Shown: one piece after another, positions 8,903 through 17,882 of the stretch | How positions within the stretch are numbered: the stretch's first letter is position 1 | Layout of the letters: every line of letters begins with the position of its first letter | Source of the DNA: an uncultured Ruminococcus sp. | GTDB lineage: Bacteria > Bacillota > Clostridia > Oscillospirales > CAG-382 | Length of the DNA stretch: 47,847 nt | Direction: 5' to 3' | NCBI GenBank assembly: GCA_964402515.1 | Contig: CAYOCM010000003.1 | Location: forward strand, 1 to 47,847 | Notes under the pieces: model-generated | Seen by the model: only the letters and a program-made list of their open reading frames with translations | Database searches by the model: none | Told to the model about the DNA's origin: nothing | Program-made: the position numbers and the translations under genes

Positions 8903-9781
8903 ATGGTCAGAAGCATGACGGGTTTCGGCAGGTGTAAGATGCCTGTTGACGGAATGATAATAACCGTTGAAGTCAAATCGGTTAACAGCCGTTATACCGA
9001 TATAACCGTAAAATGCCCCAGACTTTATTCGGCGTTTGAAGAACGCCTTAAACAAATGTGTTGCTCTTATCTCACAAGAGGTAAAGTGGAGATATATCTT
9101 TCGGTTGAACTGCCGCAAGGCGAAAAAGTCAATTTGGCGGTAAACCGCGACTATCTCGAAAGTTATCTTAAACTGCTCGGCGATATCAAAGAGCAATATC
9201 AGCCCGCGGGCGAAATTACCCTGTCGATGATAGCGGCAAGAAGCGATATATTTGTCGTCAGCAAACCCGAAGACGATATCGAGGCGGTTTGGAACGCAGT
9301 ATCGACCGTGGCAAAAAACGCGTTTGAAAATTTTGTCGATATGCGTTTGCGAGAGGGCGAAAGAATGAAGCAGGATGTGCTGTCTCATCTTGACATTATA
9401 CAGCAGAAACGCGCGATGATAGCCGCACGCGCATCCGACGCGGTAAAAGAAAGCAACGAGCGAATGAAAGCGCGCATATCCGATCTGCTTTCGGGTGTCG
9501 CATATGATGAGGCAAGGTTACTTACCGAGTGCGCGGTGTTTGCCGACAAAGCCGATATCAGCGAAGAACTCGCAAGGCTTGACAGCCATATAGCACAGTT
9601 CAGACGCGCCCTTGACAGAGAAGACCAGGTAGGACGCAAACTCGACTTTATGATTCAGGAGATGAACCGTGAGGTCAATACCACCGGTTCAAAATCTACC
9701 GATCAGGTTATTGTTTCGGCGGTCATCGACCTTAAATGCGAACTTGAAAAGGTGCGCGAACAGATACAGAATCTCGAATAA
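8903..9781 (+). CDS. yicC: YicC family stress-induced protein (endoribonuclease)
   Basis: 292 aa. N-terminus MVRSMTGFGR. C-terminal region DISEELARLDSHIAQF...KLDFMIQEMNREVNTTGSKS is typical of YicC/YloC. It sits upstream of remA-gmk. Confidence 0.92.
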   Translation: MVRSMTGFGRCKMPVDGMIITVEVKSVNSRYTDITVKCPRLYSAFEERLKQMCCSYLTRGKVEIYLSVELPQGEKVNLAVNRDYLESYLKLLGDIKEQYQPAGEITLSMIAARSDIFVVSKPEDDIEAVWNAVSTVAKNAFENFVDMRLREGERMKQDVLSHLDIIQQKRAMIAARASDAVKESNERMKARISDLLSGVAYDEARLLTECAVFADKADISEELARLDSHIAQFRRALDREDQVGRKLDFMIQEMNREVNTTGSKSTDQVIVSAVIDLKCELEKVREQIQNLE

Positions 9782-9808
9782 GCACAAAATATATAAAGGA
9801 ATTGGATT

Positions 9809-10042
9809 ATGAAACTCGTTGATATAGGCTTTGGAAATCTTGTCAACGCCGATCGCGTCATATCGATATCAAGCACCGACTCTTTGCCCGTACGCAGGCT
9901 TGTGCAGGACGCAAAAAACGCAGGCCGAGCCATAGATGTCAGCTGCGGCAAAAAGACACGTTCGGTCATAGTTACCGACAGCGACCATATTTTGCTCTCA
10001 AGCGAAGAGGTCGCGGATCTGGAGGTGCGTTTCAATGCGTGA
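9809..10042 (+). CDS. remA: RemA/DUF370 family regulator
   Basis: 77 aa. MKLVDIGFGNLVNADRVISI...VRRLVQDAKNAGRAIDVSCGKKTRSVIVTDSDHILLS. It lies between yicC and gmk, like B. subtilis ylzA. Confidence 0.9.
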   Translation: MKLVDIGFGNLVNADRVISISSTDSLPVRRLVQDAKNAGRAIDVSCGKKTRSVIVTDSDHILLSSEEVADLEVRFNA

Positions 10043-10670
10043 CACCAAGGGCAGTTTAATAGTTATCTCGGGTCCCAGCGGCAGCGGCAAGGGTACCGTG
10101 GTCAAGCGTCTTGTCGAAAAATATGACGGATATATGCTTTCTGTTTCGGCAACCACCAGATCACCGCGCAAGGGCGAGATAAACGGCGTACATTATCATT
10201 TTATTACCGCCGAGCAGTTTGACGAGATAGTTTCAAAAGGCGGATTTATCGAATATGCAAAATATTCGCGAGCATCTTACGGCACTCCGAAAGGGCCTGT
10301 TGTCGAAGCACTCGAACAGGGCAGACATGTTATTCTCGAGATAGAGATATGCGGTGCAAGGCAGGTCAAACAGCGTATGCCGGAGGCAAAGACGGTGATG
10401 CTGATACCGCCGACGTACGAAGAACTCAAAAAACGCCTTACCGACCGCGGCACCGAGACCGACGACGAGATAAAACGCCGACTTGACATCGCTATGAACG
10501 AGATCAGACAAATAGATTTTTTTGACTGCATAGTCATCAACGACGATGTTGACGCCGCCGCCGAGCGCCTTGACGCGGTAGCGCACGGCAATTATACCGA
10601 CGGCACAGACAGATATGAACTTGCCGAAAGGTTTTTTAAAAACGAAAACGCAGACATTACTAATGTTTAA
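10035..10670 (+). CDS. gmk: Guanylate kinase
   Basis: 211 aa. P-loop GPSGSGKGT and motif TTRSPRKGEINGVHYHF. The start overlaps the remA stop (ATGCGTGA). Confidence 0.96.
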   Translation: MRDTKGSLIVISGPSGSGKGTVVKRLVEKYDGYMLSVSATTRSPRKGEINGVHYHFITAEQFDEIVSKGGFIEYAKYSRASYGTPKGPVVEALEQGRHVILEIEICGARQVKQRMPEAKTVMLIPPTYEELKKRLTDRGTETDDEIKRRLDIAMNEIRQIDFFDCIVINDDVDAAAERLDAVAHGNYTDGTDRYELAERFFKNENADITNV

Positions 10671-10682
10671 GGAGATATAAAA

Positions 10683-10931
10683 ATGCTTTATCCTACGGTA
10701 TCACAACTTTGCAACGAAAACATCAATCGCTATGAACTTGTCATTGCGGTTGCAAAATGCGCAAGACATGTCACCGATATCGTTTGCGAAGCGCGCGAAC
10801 ACGCCGAAGCAATACGTGAATCCGACAGACTCTTGGGCAAAAACGACTATGTTTCGGAGTATGAAAACGACAAGGCCGTTTCGGTTGCCGTCGACAAGAT
10901 ATATTCGGGCGAATATACTATACTTAAATAA
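10683..10931 (+). CDS. rpoZ: DNA-directed RNA polymerase omega subunit
   Basis: 82 aa. MLYPTVSQLCNENINRYELVIAVAKCARHV. Conserved gmk-rpoZ order. Confidence 0.9.
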   Translation: MLYPTVSQLCNENINRYELVIAVAKCARHVTDIVCEAREHAEAIRESDRLLGKNDYVSEYENDKAVSVAVDKIYSGEYTILK

Positions 10932-10937
10932 CCGTTT

Positions 10938-13397
10938 ATGACGGCAGAATATGTTTCGGTCAGAATGCTTGATATCTCTTATCAGGCAGACATCGCTTAT
11001 ACCTATTTTGTCGGTGAAGAATGGCGTGCGCAGGTCGAGATAGGTTGCACTGTTTGTGTGCCTTTCGGCAGGTCAAACCGCCGCGCCACGGGCATAGTTA
11101 CCGGCTTTGTCGACGAGTGTTCTTATCCCGAGATCAAGCCGATTATTTCGGTAGTGCGCGACGGACTGAGACTTTCCTCCGAGACTGTGCGTATATGCCT
11201 GTTTATGCACAAACGTTGCTATTGCACGTTCGGTGCCGCGGTCAAGGCCGTATTGCCGCCGGGATATGATCCGCGAGGTGTGGTATATTATACCGCAGTG
11301 CCGGGCAGACCTCAGCTTGTTTCATCGCAACTTGAGTTTTTTATGCGACGCATAGAGTCTGCCGATAAGGTGTATGAAAGAGACCTTATAAACGAATTCG
11401 GCAAAGAGTGTATAGAGACTGTCGACAACCTTGTGCGTGACGGTTATCTTTTGCGCGGCAGTGAGCAGGCAAGGCCGATTAACAAAAAGACCGCAACCAA
11501 AGTCAGACTTTCGATATCCGACGAAGAAGCCGAGAGAATGCTTGAGGATTCTGACAGACTTACCGAAAAACAAAAAGAATTGCTTATATTGCTTTTGCAT
11601 TATGAAGATATAACGCTTTCCGAGATAGAAGATATCGGCGGACTCTCGGTATCGGTTGTAAACACGCTGTGCAAAAAAGGCATAGTCAAAAAAGAAAGAG
11701 AACGTATTGAGCGCATAGCTTATTCGAATGAGCCTGTGCCGGATATCCCGGTGCGCACCCCAAACGACGAGCAGGCGGCGGCGATAGGTGAACTTTGCGC
11801 TATGTCAGACAGCGGCAAGCCGCAAGCGGCATTGCTTTTGGGAGTAACCGGCAGCGGCAAGACTTTGGTCATAACCGAAACCGTAAAGCATGTCATAAAC
11901 AGCGGCAAGACGGCGATAATAATGTTGCCCGAGATAGCACTTGCGTCTCAGGCATTGCTTACATATCGCGCGGCGTTCGGAGATACGCTTGCCGTCATTC
12001 ATTCAAAACTGTCCGCGGGCGAAAGAGTCGATGCCTATCGCGCCATGCTCGACGGCAGAGTCAAAGTCGTTCTCGGCACGCGCAGTGCGGTTTTCGCACC
12101 GCTTAAAGACCTCGGCATCATCGTCATGGATGAAGAGCAGGAGGGTACGTATAAAAGCGAACTTTCGCCCAAATATCATGCGCGCGATATCGCGCGTTTC
12201 AGAGCGGGCATCAATTCGTGCCTTATGTTGCTTTCGTCGGCAACCCCGTCGATTGAGAGTTATTATAAGGCAAAAACCGGAGCATATAAACTTATAAAAC
12301 TTGCGCGTCGCGTCAGCGGATTGCCGTTGCCCGAGGTCGTTATCGACGATATCCGCGGCGACCGCACCATGTTGCCTGACAAACTGATAGGCAAACGTCT
12401 TTATGATGAGATATCGGCAAGAACGGCAAAAGGCGAACAGGCAATATTGTTTGCGGGCAGACGCGGATATAATTCGCAGGTCATCTGCCGCACATGCGGT
12501 GATGCTATGATATGCCCGAATTGTTCGGTTGCTTTGACATATCACGCTTATATCGGCGAAAATATAAAGCACAGGAGATTGTGTTGCCATTATTGCGGCT
12601 ATACCGCACCCGTGCCGGTAAGGTGCCCGTCGTGCGGCAGCGAGCATATAGGATTTATCGGTTTCGGTACTCAAAAACTGCAAGAAGAACTTGCCGAAAG
12701 ATTTACAAACCTGACGGCATTGCGCATGGATTCCGATACAACTGCACTTAAATATTCGCACGACAGATTACTGAATGAATTCGGGCAAGGCAAAGCGGAT
12801 ATACTCTTCGGCACTCAGATGATATGCAAAGGACTTGATTTTGCGGGCGTAACACTTGCGGCTGTGGTGTCTGTCGACGGGCTTTTGTATATGAACGATT
12901 ACAGAGCGTCCGAGCGCACGTTTTCGCTCATCACTCAGCTTATAGGCAGAGCGGGCAGAGCCGGCGACGGTCTTGCGGTATTGCAGACTGCTAACCCAGA
13001 ACACGAGACATTGAGGCTTGCGGCAAAACAGGATTACGAAAGCTTTGCCGAATCGGAGATCGCCTTCAGAAAAGCGGCACTGTTTCCTCCTTTCTGCGGC
13101 ATAGCCGTGTTTTGCATTTCGGCCGAAACGGTAGAGGCGCTGTCTTACTATGCGCAGAAATTTCCCGCGGAACTGTGTCGTTTTAAAGTCGACGACACAA
13201 AAACAAAGGTGCGCATATTCGGACCTTATCCCGAGGGTGTCACAAAGATAGGCGGCAGATTCAGACAAAAAATCATTATAAAATATTCCGACAACGACGA
13301 GGCAAGGCAATATCTGGGCAAGGTGTATGCATCGGCTCTGTCGCGCCTGCCGCTGTCTGTAAAACTTGACCTCGATATCAATCCGACGGTCGTATAA
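10938..13397 (+). CDS. priA: Primosomal protein N' (replication restart helicase)
   Basis: 819 aa. Walker A LLLGVTGSGKT, motif II VMDEEQEGTYK, and Cys-rich zinc region CRTCGDAMICPNCSVALTYH...CCHYCGY...CPSCGS. Confidence 0.95.
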   Translation: MTAEYVSVRMLDISYQADIAYTYFVGEEWRAQVEIGCTVCVPFGRSNRRATGIVTGFVDECSYPEIKPIISVVRDGLRLSSETVRICLFMHKRCYCTFGAAVKAVLPPGYDPRGVVYYTAVPGRPQLVSSQLEFFMRRIESADKVYERDLINEFGKECIETVDNLVRDGYLLRGSEQARPINKKTATKVRLSISDEEAERMLEDSDRLTEKQKELLILLLHYEDITLSEIEDIGGLSVSVVNTLCKKGIVKKERERIERIAYSNEPVPDIPVRTPNDEQAAAIGELCAMSDSGKPQAALLLGVTGSGKTLVITETVKHVINSGKTAIIMLPEIALASQALLTYRAAFGDTLAVIHSKLSAGERVDAYRAMLDGRVKVVLGTRSAVFAPLKDLGIIVMDEEQEGTYKSELSPKYHARDIARFRAGINSCLMLLSSATPSIESYYKAKTGAYKLIKLARRVSGLPLPEVVIDDIRGDRTMLPDKLIGKRLYDEISARTAKGEQAILFAGRRGYNSQVICRTCGDAMICPNCSVALTYHAYIGENIKHRRLCCHYCGYTAPVPVRCPSCGSEHIGFIGFGTQKLQEELAERFTNLTALRMDSDTTALKYSHDRLLNEFGQGKADILFGTQMICKGLDFAGVTLAAVVSVDGLLYMNDYRASERTFSLITQLIGRAGRAGDGLAVLQTANPEHETLRLAAKQDYESFAESEIAFRKAALFPPFCGIAVFCISAETVEALSYYAQKFPAELCRFKVDDTKTKVRIFGPYPEGVTKIGGRFRQKIIIKYSDNDEARQYLGKVYASALSRLPLSVKLDLDINPTVV

Positions 13398-13408
13398 GGA
13401 GCATTTTT

Positions 13409-13894
13409 ATGGCATTACGCAAAATGGTATATGAGGGCGACGAACGACTTGCCAAAGTCTGCCGTCCCGTAACGGTCGTCAACGACCACATAGTCAAACT
13501 TATAGAAGATATGGAAGAAACGCTTGTCGCAAACAACGGCGTCGGTCTTGCCGCACCGCAGGTGGGTGTTATGCGCCGCATTGCGATAGTAGACGCTGGC
13601 GACAGAATACTTGACCTTATAGATCCGCACATCATTGAGACAGAAGGCAGTCAGACGGGTGTCGAGGGCTGTTTGTCGTGTCCCGACAGATGGGGTGTCG
13701 TCACAAGACCGATGAAGGTCACGGTACGTGCCACAGACCGCAAGGGCGAGTGCTATACTTATACGGGTGAGGGACTTACCGCAAGATGCATATGTCACGA
13801 GTGCGACCATCTTGACGGCATACTGTTTACTCAAAAGGCAGAAAGAATGTTGACTCCCAAAGAAGTCAGAGAATATCTCGGCGAGGATGATTGA
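13409..13894 (+). CDS. def: Peptide deformylase
   Basis: 161 aa. Motifs GVGLAAPQVG, EGCLSCP and HECDHLDG. Confidence 0.96.
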   Translation: MALRKMVYEGDERLAKVCRPVTVVNDHIVKLIEDMEETLVANNGVGLAAPQVGVMRRIAIVDAGDRILDLIDPHIIETEGSQTGVEGCLSCPDRWGVVTRPMKVTVRATDRKGECYTYTGEGLTARCICHECDHLDGILFTQKAERMLTPKEVREYLGEDD

Positions 13895-13903
13895 TAAACC
13901 GTT

Positions 13904-14827
13904 ATGAAGATAGTTTTTATGGGTACGCCCGATTTTGCATGTGAGGCGTTAAAAGCAATAAAAAACCACGGCGACGATATTGCTTTGATTCTGACGAGAG
14001 CCGATAAACCCAAAGGCAGAGGATATGTTATGACTCCTTCGCCGGTCAAACAACTTGCGATGTCATACGGCATACCCGTTTTGACTCCCAAGACACTGCG
14101 TGACGGAGAGATATGCAAGACGCTTGCGGATATCAAGGCCGACGTGTTTATAGTTGCCGCCTACGGCAGAATCCTGCCGAAAGAGGTGCTTGATATGCCC
14201 GAATACGGCTGTATCAACATTCACGCTTCTCTTTTGCCGGCATGGCGAGGCGCCGCGCCTATTAATCGCGCGGTCATGAGCGGCGACAGTGTCGGCGGAG
14301 TTACTATAATGTATATGGACGAGGGCATCGACACCGGCGATATAATATTGCAAAAAAAGGTAGAGATAGATCCCCAAATGAACGCAGGCGAATATCACGA
14401 CATTCTGGCTCGTCTCGGCGGCGAAGCGATATGTGAATATCTCGATATGTTGGAAAACGGCAAAGTCACACGCACAAAACAGCCCGAAATCGGCATATCA
14501 TACGCTCAAAAGATCGAAAAAAGCGAGTCGCTGATAGACTTTTCGCAGTCGGCAAAAGCGGTTCACGATCTTATACGCGGACTTGCTCCCGCACCTTGCG
14601 CTTATGCAGTATTGCACGGCAAACGGGTTAAGTTTTGCAAAGCTCATGTCGGTACACTTTGCGGCAACGCGGGCAGTACGCTTGCATTTGACGACGGCGG
14701 AATAACCGTTGCCTGCAACGGCGGCAGTATAGTTGTCGAAATATTGCAACCCGAAGGTAAAAAAGCTATGACTGCGGCAGAATTCCTGCGTGGAAACAGA
14801 TTGAATATCGGTGAATCATGGGCATAG
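13904..14827 (+). CDS. fmt: Methionyl-tRNA formyltransferase
   Basis: 307 aa. MKIVFMGTPDFA and INIHASLLPAWRGAAPINRA. Conserved def-fmt order. Confidence 0.96.
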   Translation: MKIVFMGTPDFACEALKAIKNHGDDIALILTRADKPKGRGYVMTPSPVKQLAMSYGIPVLTPKTLRDGEICKTLADIKADVFIVAAYGRILPKEVLDMPEYGCINIHASLLPAWRGAAPINRAVMSGDSVGGVTIMYMDEGIDTGDIILQKKVEIDPQMNAGEYHDILARLGGEAICEYLDMLENGKVTRTKQPEIGISYAQKIEKSESLIDFSQSAKAVHDLIRGLAPAPCAYAVLHGKRVKFCKAHVGTLCGNAGSTLAFDDGGITVACNGGSIVVEILQPEGKKAMTAAEFLRGNRLNIGESWA

Positions 14828-16032
14828 ATCAACGTCAAAATGCCTATAAGTGCCTGTTGCGTATATATCAAACAAACGCGTTCAGCAATATTGCGCTCGG
14901 CGACAAGACGGCGTTTGAACGCAGATTGGTGCTCGGCTGTATAGAGCGCAGGCTTACGCTTGAATATATCGTTTCGTGCTTTGCGCGCAAAAAGCCGGAT
15001 AAAGAACTCGAATTGCTTTTGCATACGGGTGTGTATCAGATAATGTATATGCAGGTTCCCGACAGTGCGGCTTGCAACGAAACCACCGATATTGCAAAAA
15101 AACTGTTCGGCAAGTCGGCTGCGGGCTTTGTCAATGCAATACTCAGGTCTGTGTGCAGGTCAAAGGATGCGTTGTATCGCAAGATAGACAGCGCAAGCGA
15201 CAGCATAAAATATTCGCTCGACCGAGGCATATGTGCTATGATACGGCGCGATTATGCAGATAACGCAGACGAATTGATGGCATCGTTTTTTGACAAAAAG
15301 CGCTTGTTTGCGCGCGTAAATACTTTAAAAAGCAATACCGCTTATGTGGCGGATATGCTTGGCGGAAATGTTATCGGAGATACTGCGGTCGAATGCCCCG
15401 ATACGCCGAAAGCGGTAAATAATATAGCCGACGGACTGTATTTTATACAGGGAATAGGCTCCCAAACCGCGGTCGGTATGCTTGAGGCAAAACCCGGTAT
15501 GACGGTTGCGGATGTTTGTGCTTGCCCCGGCGGCAAAACATTCGGTGCCGCAATAGATATGCGCGGTACGGGCAAGATATATGCTTCGGATATACACAAA
15601 AGCAAACTTTCGCTTATCAAAAACGGTGCACGGGTTCTCGGTATAGATGAATGCATAGACATTTCGCTCTGCGATGCGAGAATACCGCGTGCGGAACTTG
15701 TCGAAAAATGCGACAGAGTTATATGCGATGTTCCGTGTACGGCGCTCGGTGAGATCATTTCAAGACCCGAGATAAGATATAAAGACATAAACAGTCAGTC
15801 GGCACTTTATAAAGCGCAAGCGGATATACTTGACGCGGCGTCAAAACTGCTTGTGCATGGCGGTAGGCTGGTTTATTCGACATGCACATTCGACAGACGT
15901 GAAAATGTTGACAATATAATGAGATTTTTGAGCAAAAACGACGGCTTTGAACTGTTATACAGCCATACCTTTATGCCGCACACCGACGGTTGCGGCGAGG
16001 GATTTTATATTGCTGTTATCGCAAGGAGATAA
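14818..16032 (+). CDS. rsmB: 16S rRNA (cytosine967-C5)-methyltransferase
   Basis: 404 aa. SAM site DVCACPGGKT and catalytic motifs DVPCTALG and YSTCT. It follows fmt with a 10-nt overlap. Confidence 0.9.
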   Translation: MGIDQRQNAYKCLLRIYQTNAFSNIALGDKTAFERRLVLGCIERRLTLEYIVSCFARKKPDKELELLLHTGVYQIMYMQVPDSAACNETTDIAKKLFGKSAAGFVNAILRSVCRSKDALYRKIDSASDSIKYSLDRGICAMIRRDYADNADELMASFFDKKRLFARVNTLKSNTAYVADMLGGNVIGDTAVECPDTPKAVNNIADGLYFIQGIGSQTAVGMLEAKPGMTVADVCACPGGKTFGAAIDMRGTGKIYASDIHKSKLSLIKNGARVLGIDECIDISLCDARIPRAELVEKCDRVICDVPCTALGEIISRPEIRYKDINSQSALYKAQADILDAASKLLVHGGRLVYSTCTFDRRENVDNIMRFLSKNDGFELLYSHTFMPHTDGCGEGFYIAVIARR

Positions 16033-16035
16033 AAA

Positions 16036-17070
16036 ATGCACGACCTTTTGTCGATGTATCCCGATGAATTGCGCGCCCTTATGGTCTCAATGGGACAAAA
16101 AGCATTCAGAGGAGATCAGATATTCGAATGGATAAATAAAGGCGCAGCCGACTTTGACAAGATGACAAATCTGCCGTCGGCGCTGATCGCGCAGCTAAAA
16201 GAAACTTGTTTTATAGCCGGGCTCGGCATACAGCGCAAATTGGTTTCGAAAATAGACGGCACCGTAAAGTATCTGTTTGAAATGCCTGACGGAGAGTGCG
16301 TCGAAACGGTCTTTATGCGATATAAACACGGCAATTCGGTGTGTGTTTCGACACAGGCGGGTTGCAGAATGGGATGTTCGTTTTGTGCGTCTACCGTCGG
16401 TGGTTTCAGGCGCAATTTAGAGCCTTCCGAGATATTATTGCAGGTTATGACGGCCGAGCGCGACACCGGCGAAAAAGTTTCAAACATAGTGCTTATGGGC
16501 ATAGGCGAGCCACTTGACAACTATGACAATGTGCTTAGGTTTTTGCGCATAGTCAATCTTGAAAAGGGCATGAATATAGGTATGCGGCATATTTCGCTGT
16601 CTACCTGCGGACTTGTCGATCGCATAGATATGCTTGCAAAAGAAAATTTGCAACTTACGCTTTCGGTTTCGTTGCACGCCTGCAACGGCGAACGCCGCAA
16701 GGCGATAATGCCGATAGCAAAAAAATGGAGTTATGACGAACTGCTTGCCGCCTGTGAACGGTATGAAAAGGCTACGGGCAGGCGCATAAGTTTTGAATAC
16801 GCGCTTATTTCGGGGGTCAACGACAGCGACGCCGACGCCGCGGAGCTCGGCGGACGGTTAAAAGGCACTTTGTGCCATGTTAACCTTATACCGGTTAATC
16901 CGGTTGCCGAGAGGTCCTATCGCAAAAGCGACAGGGCAAGAATAGAGTCGTTTGTAAAAACGTTAGAAAGCTTTGGTATCAGCACTACGGTAAGGCGCAA
17001 ACTCGGCAGCGATATCAATGCTTCGTGCGGGCAGCTTAGAGCAGAGCATGCACCCAAAACCGACGACTGA
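16036..17070 (+). CDS. rlmN: 23S rRNA/tRNA (adenine2503-C2)-methyltransferase, radical SAM
   Basis: 344 aa. CxxxCxxC as CRMGCSFCAS, plus GIGEPLDN and a C-terminal DINASCGQL. Confidence 0.95.
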   Translation: MHDLLSMYPDELRALMVSMGQKAFRGDQIFEWINKGAADFDKMTNLPSALIAQLKETCFIAGLGIQRKLVSKIDGTVKYLFEMPDGECVETVFMRYKHGNSVCVSTQAGCRMGCSFCASTVGGFRRNLEPSEILLQVMTAERDTGEKVSNIVLMGIGEPLDNYDNVLRFLRIVNLEKGMNIGMRHISLSTCGLVDRIDMLAKENLQLTLSVSLHACNGERRKAIMPIAKKWSYDELLAACERYEKATGRRISFEYALISGVNDSDADAAELGGRLKGTLCHVNLIPVNPVAERSYRKSDRARIESFVKTLESFGISTTVRRKLGSDINASCGQLRAEHAPKTDD

Positions 17071-17129
17071 TTAAATACAACTTAAACGATCTTTGTTATT
17101 CCTTTTATTTTTTAAGAAGGGAGCGGATT

Positions 17130-17876
17130 ATGAAATACTATACCAAGACGGATATCGGCATGGTACGCAGCAACAATCAAGACAGCGTGGCGGCTTTCAG
17201 ACGCGGTGCCTATACCTGTGCGGTTGTTTGCGACGGCATGGGCGGCGCCAACGGCGGCAATATAGCCAGTTCCATGGCGGTTTCGGCATTTTGCGAAAAA
17301 GTGCGCAAAAACCTCGGTGCCGCTATGCCCGACGAGCTTACGCGCGGCGATCTCGGCAGGCTTTTGCAGGCTGCGGTCGAAGAAGCTAACGACAGGGTGT
17401 ATAACCGTGCCCTTTATGAACCCGGACTTGAGGGCATGGGTACAACTTTGGTGGGCGTAATAGCCGATGAAAACGGTGCCGTTGCCGTCAATGTGGGCGA
17501 TTCGCGCATTTATGCGTTAAAATGCGGCAAACTTGAGCAGATTTCTCATGACCATTCGTTTGTGCAGTATCTTATAGACCGCGGTGCGATCTCGCACGGC
17601 GAAGCAAAGCATCATCCAAACCGCAACATCATTCTCAAGGCGGTCGGCATAGCCGAAAACGTCGACGGCGAGGTGTTTTACATACGCGATTTTGACTATC
17701 TGCTGCTGTGCACCGACGGTTTGACCAACCATGTCGAAGATTTTGAGATTCAAAATATACTGTCCGGCACCCCGGGACGCAGAACTTCGGTAACAAGCCG
17801 TATCGATTCGCTGATATCGCTTGCAAATTCCAGGGGCGGCACCGATAACATTACGGTCGCTATAATAGGGAGGTAA
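17130..17876 (+). CDS. stp: PP2C-family Ser/Thr protein phosphatase
   Basis: 248 aa. MVRSNNQDS, VVCDGMGG, LLCTDGL and GGTDNITV. It sits directly upstream of the kinase. Confidence 0.94.
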   Translation: MKYYTKTDIGMVRSNNQDSVAAFRRGAYTCAVVCDGMGGANGGNIASSMAVSAFCEKVRKNLGAAMPDELTRGDLGRLLQAAVEEANDRVYNRALYEPGLEGMGTTLVGVIADENGAVAVNVGDSRIYALKCGKLEQISHDHSFVQYLIDRGAISHGEAKHHPNRNIILKAVGIAENVDGEVFYIRDFDYLLLCTDGLTNHVEDFEIQNILSGTPGRRTSVTSRIDSLISLANSRGGTDNITVAIIGR

Positions 17877-17882
17877 CCTTAA

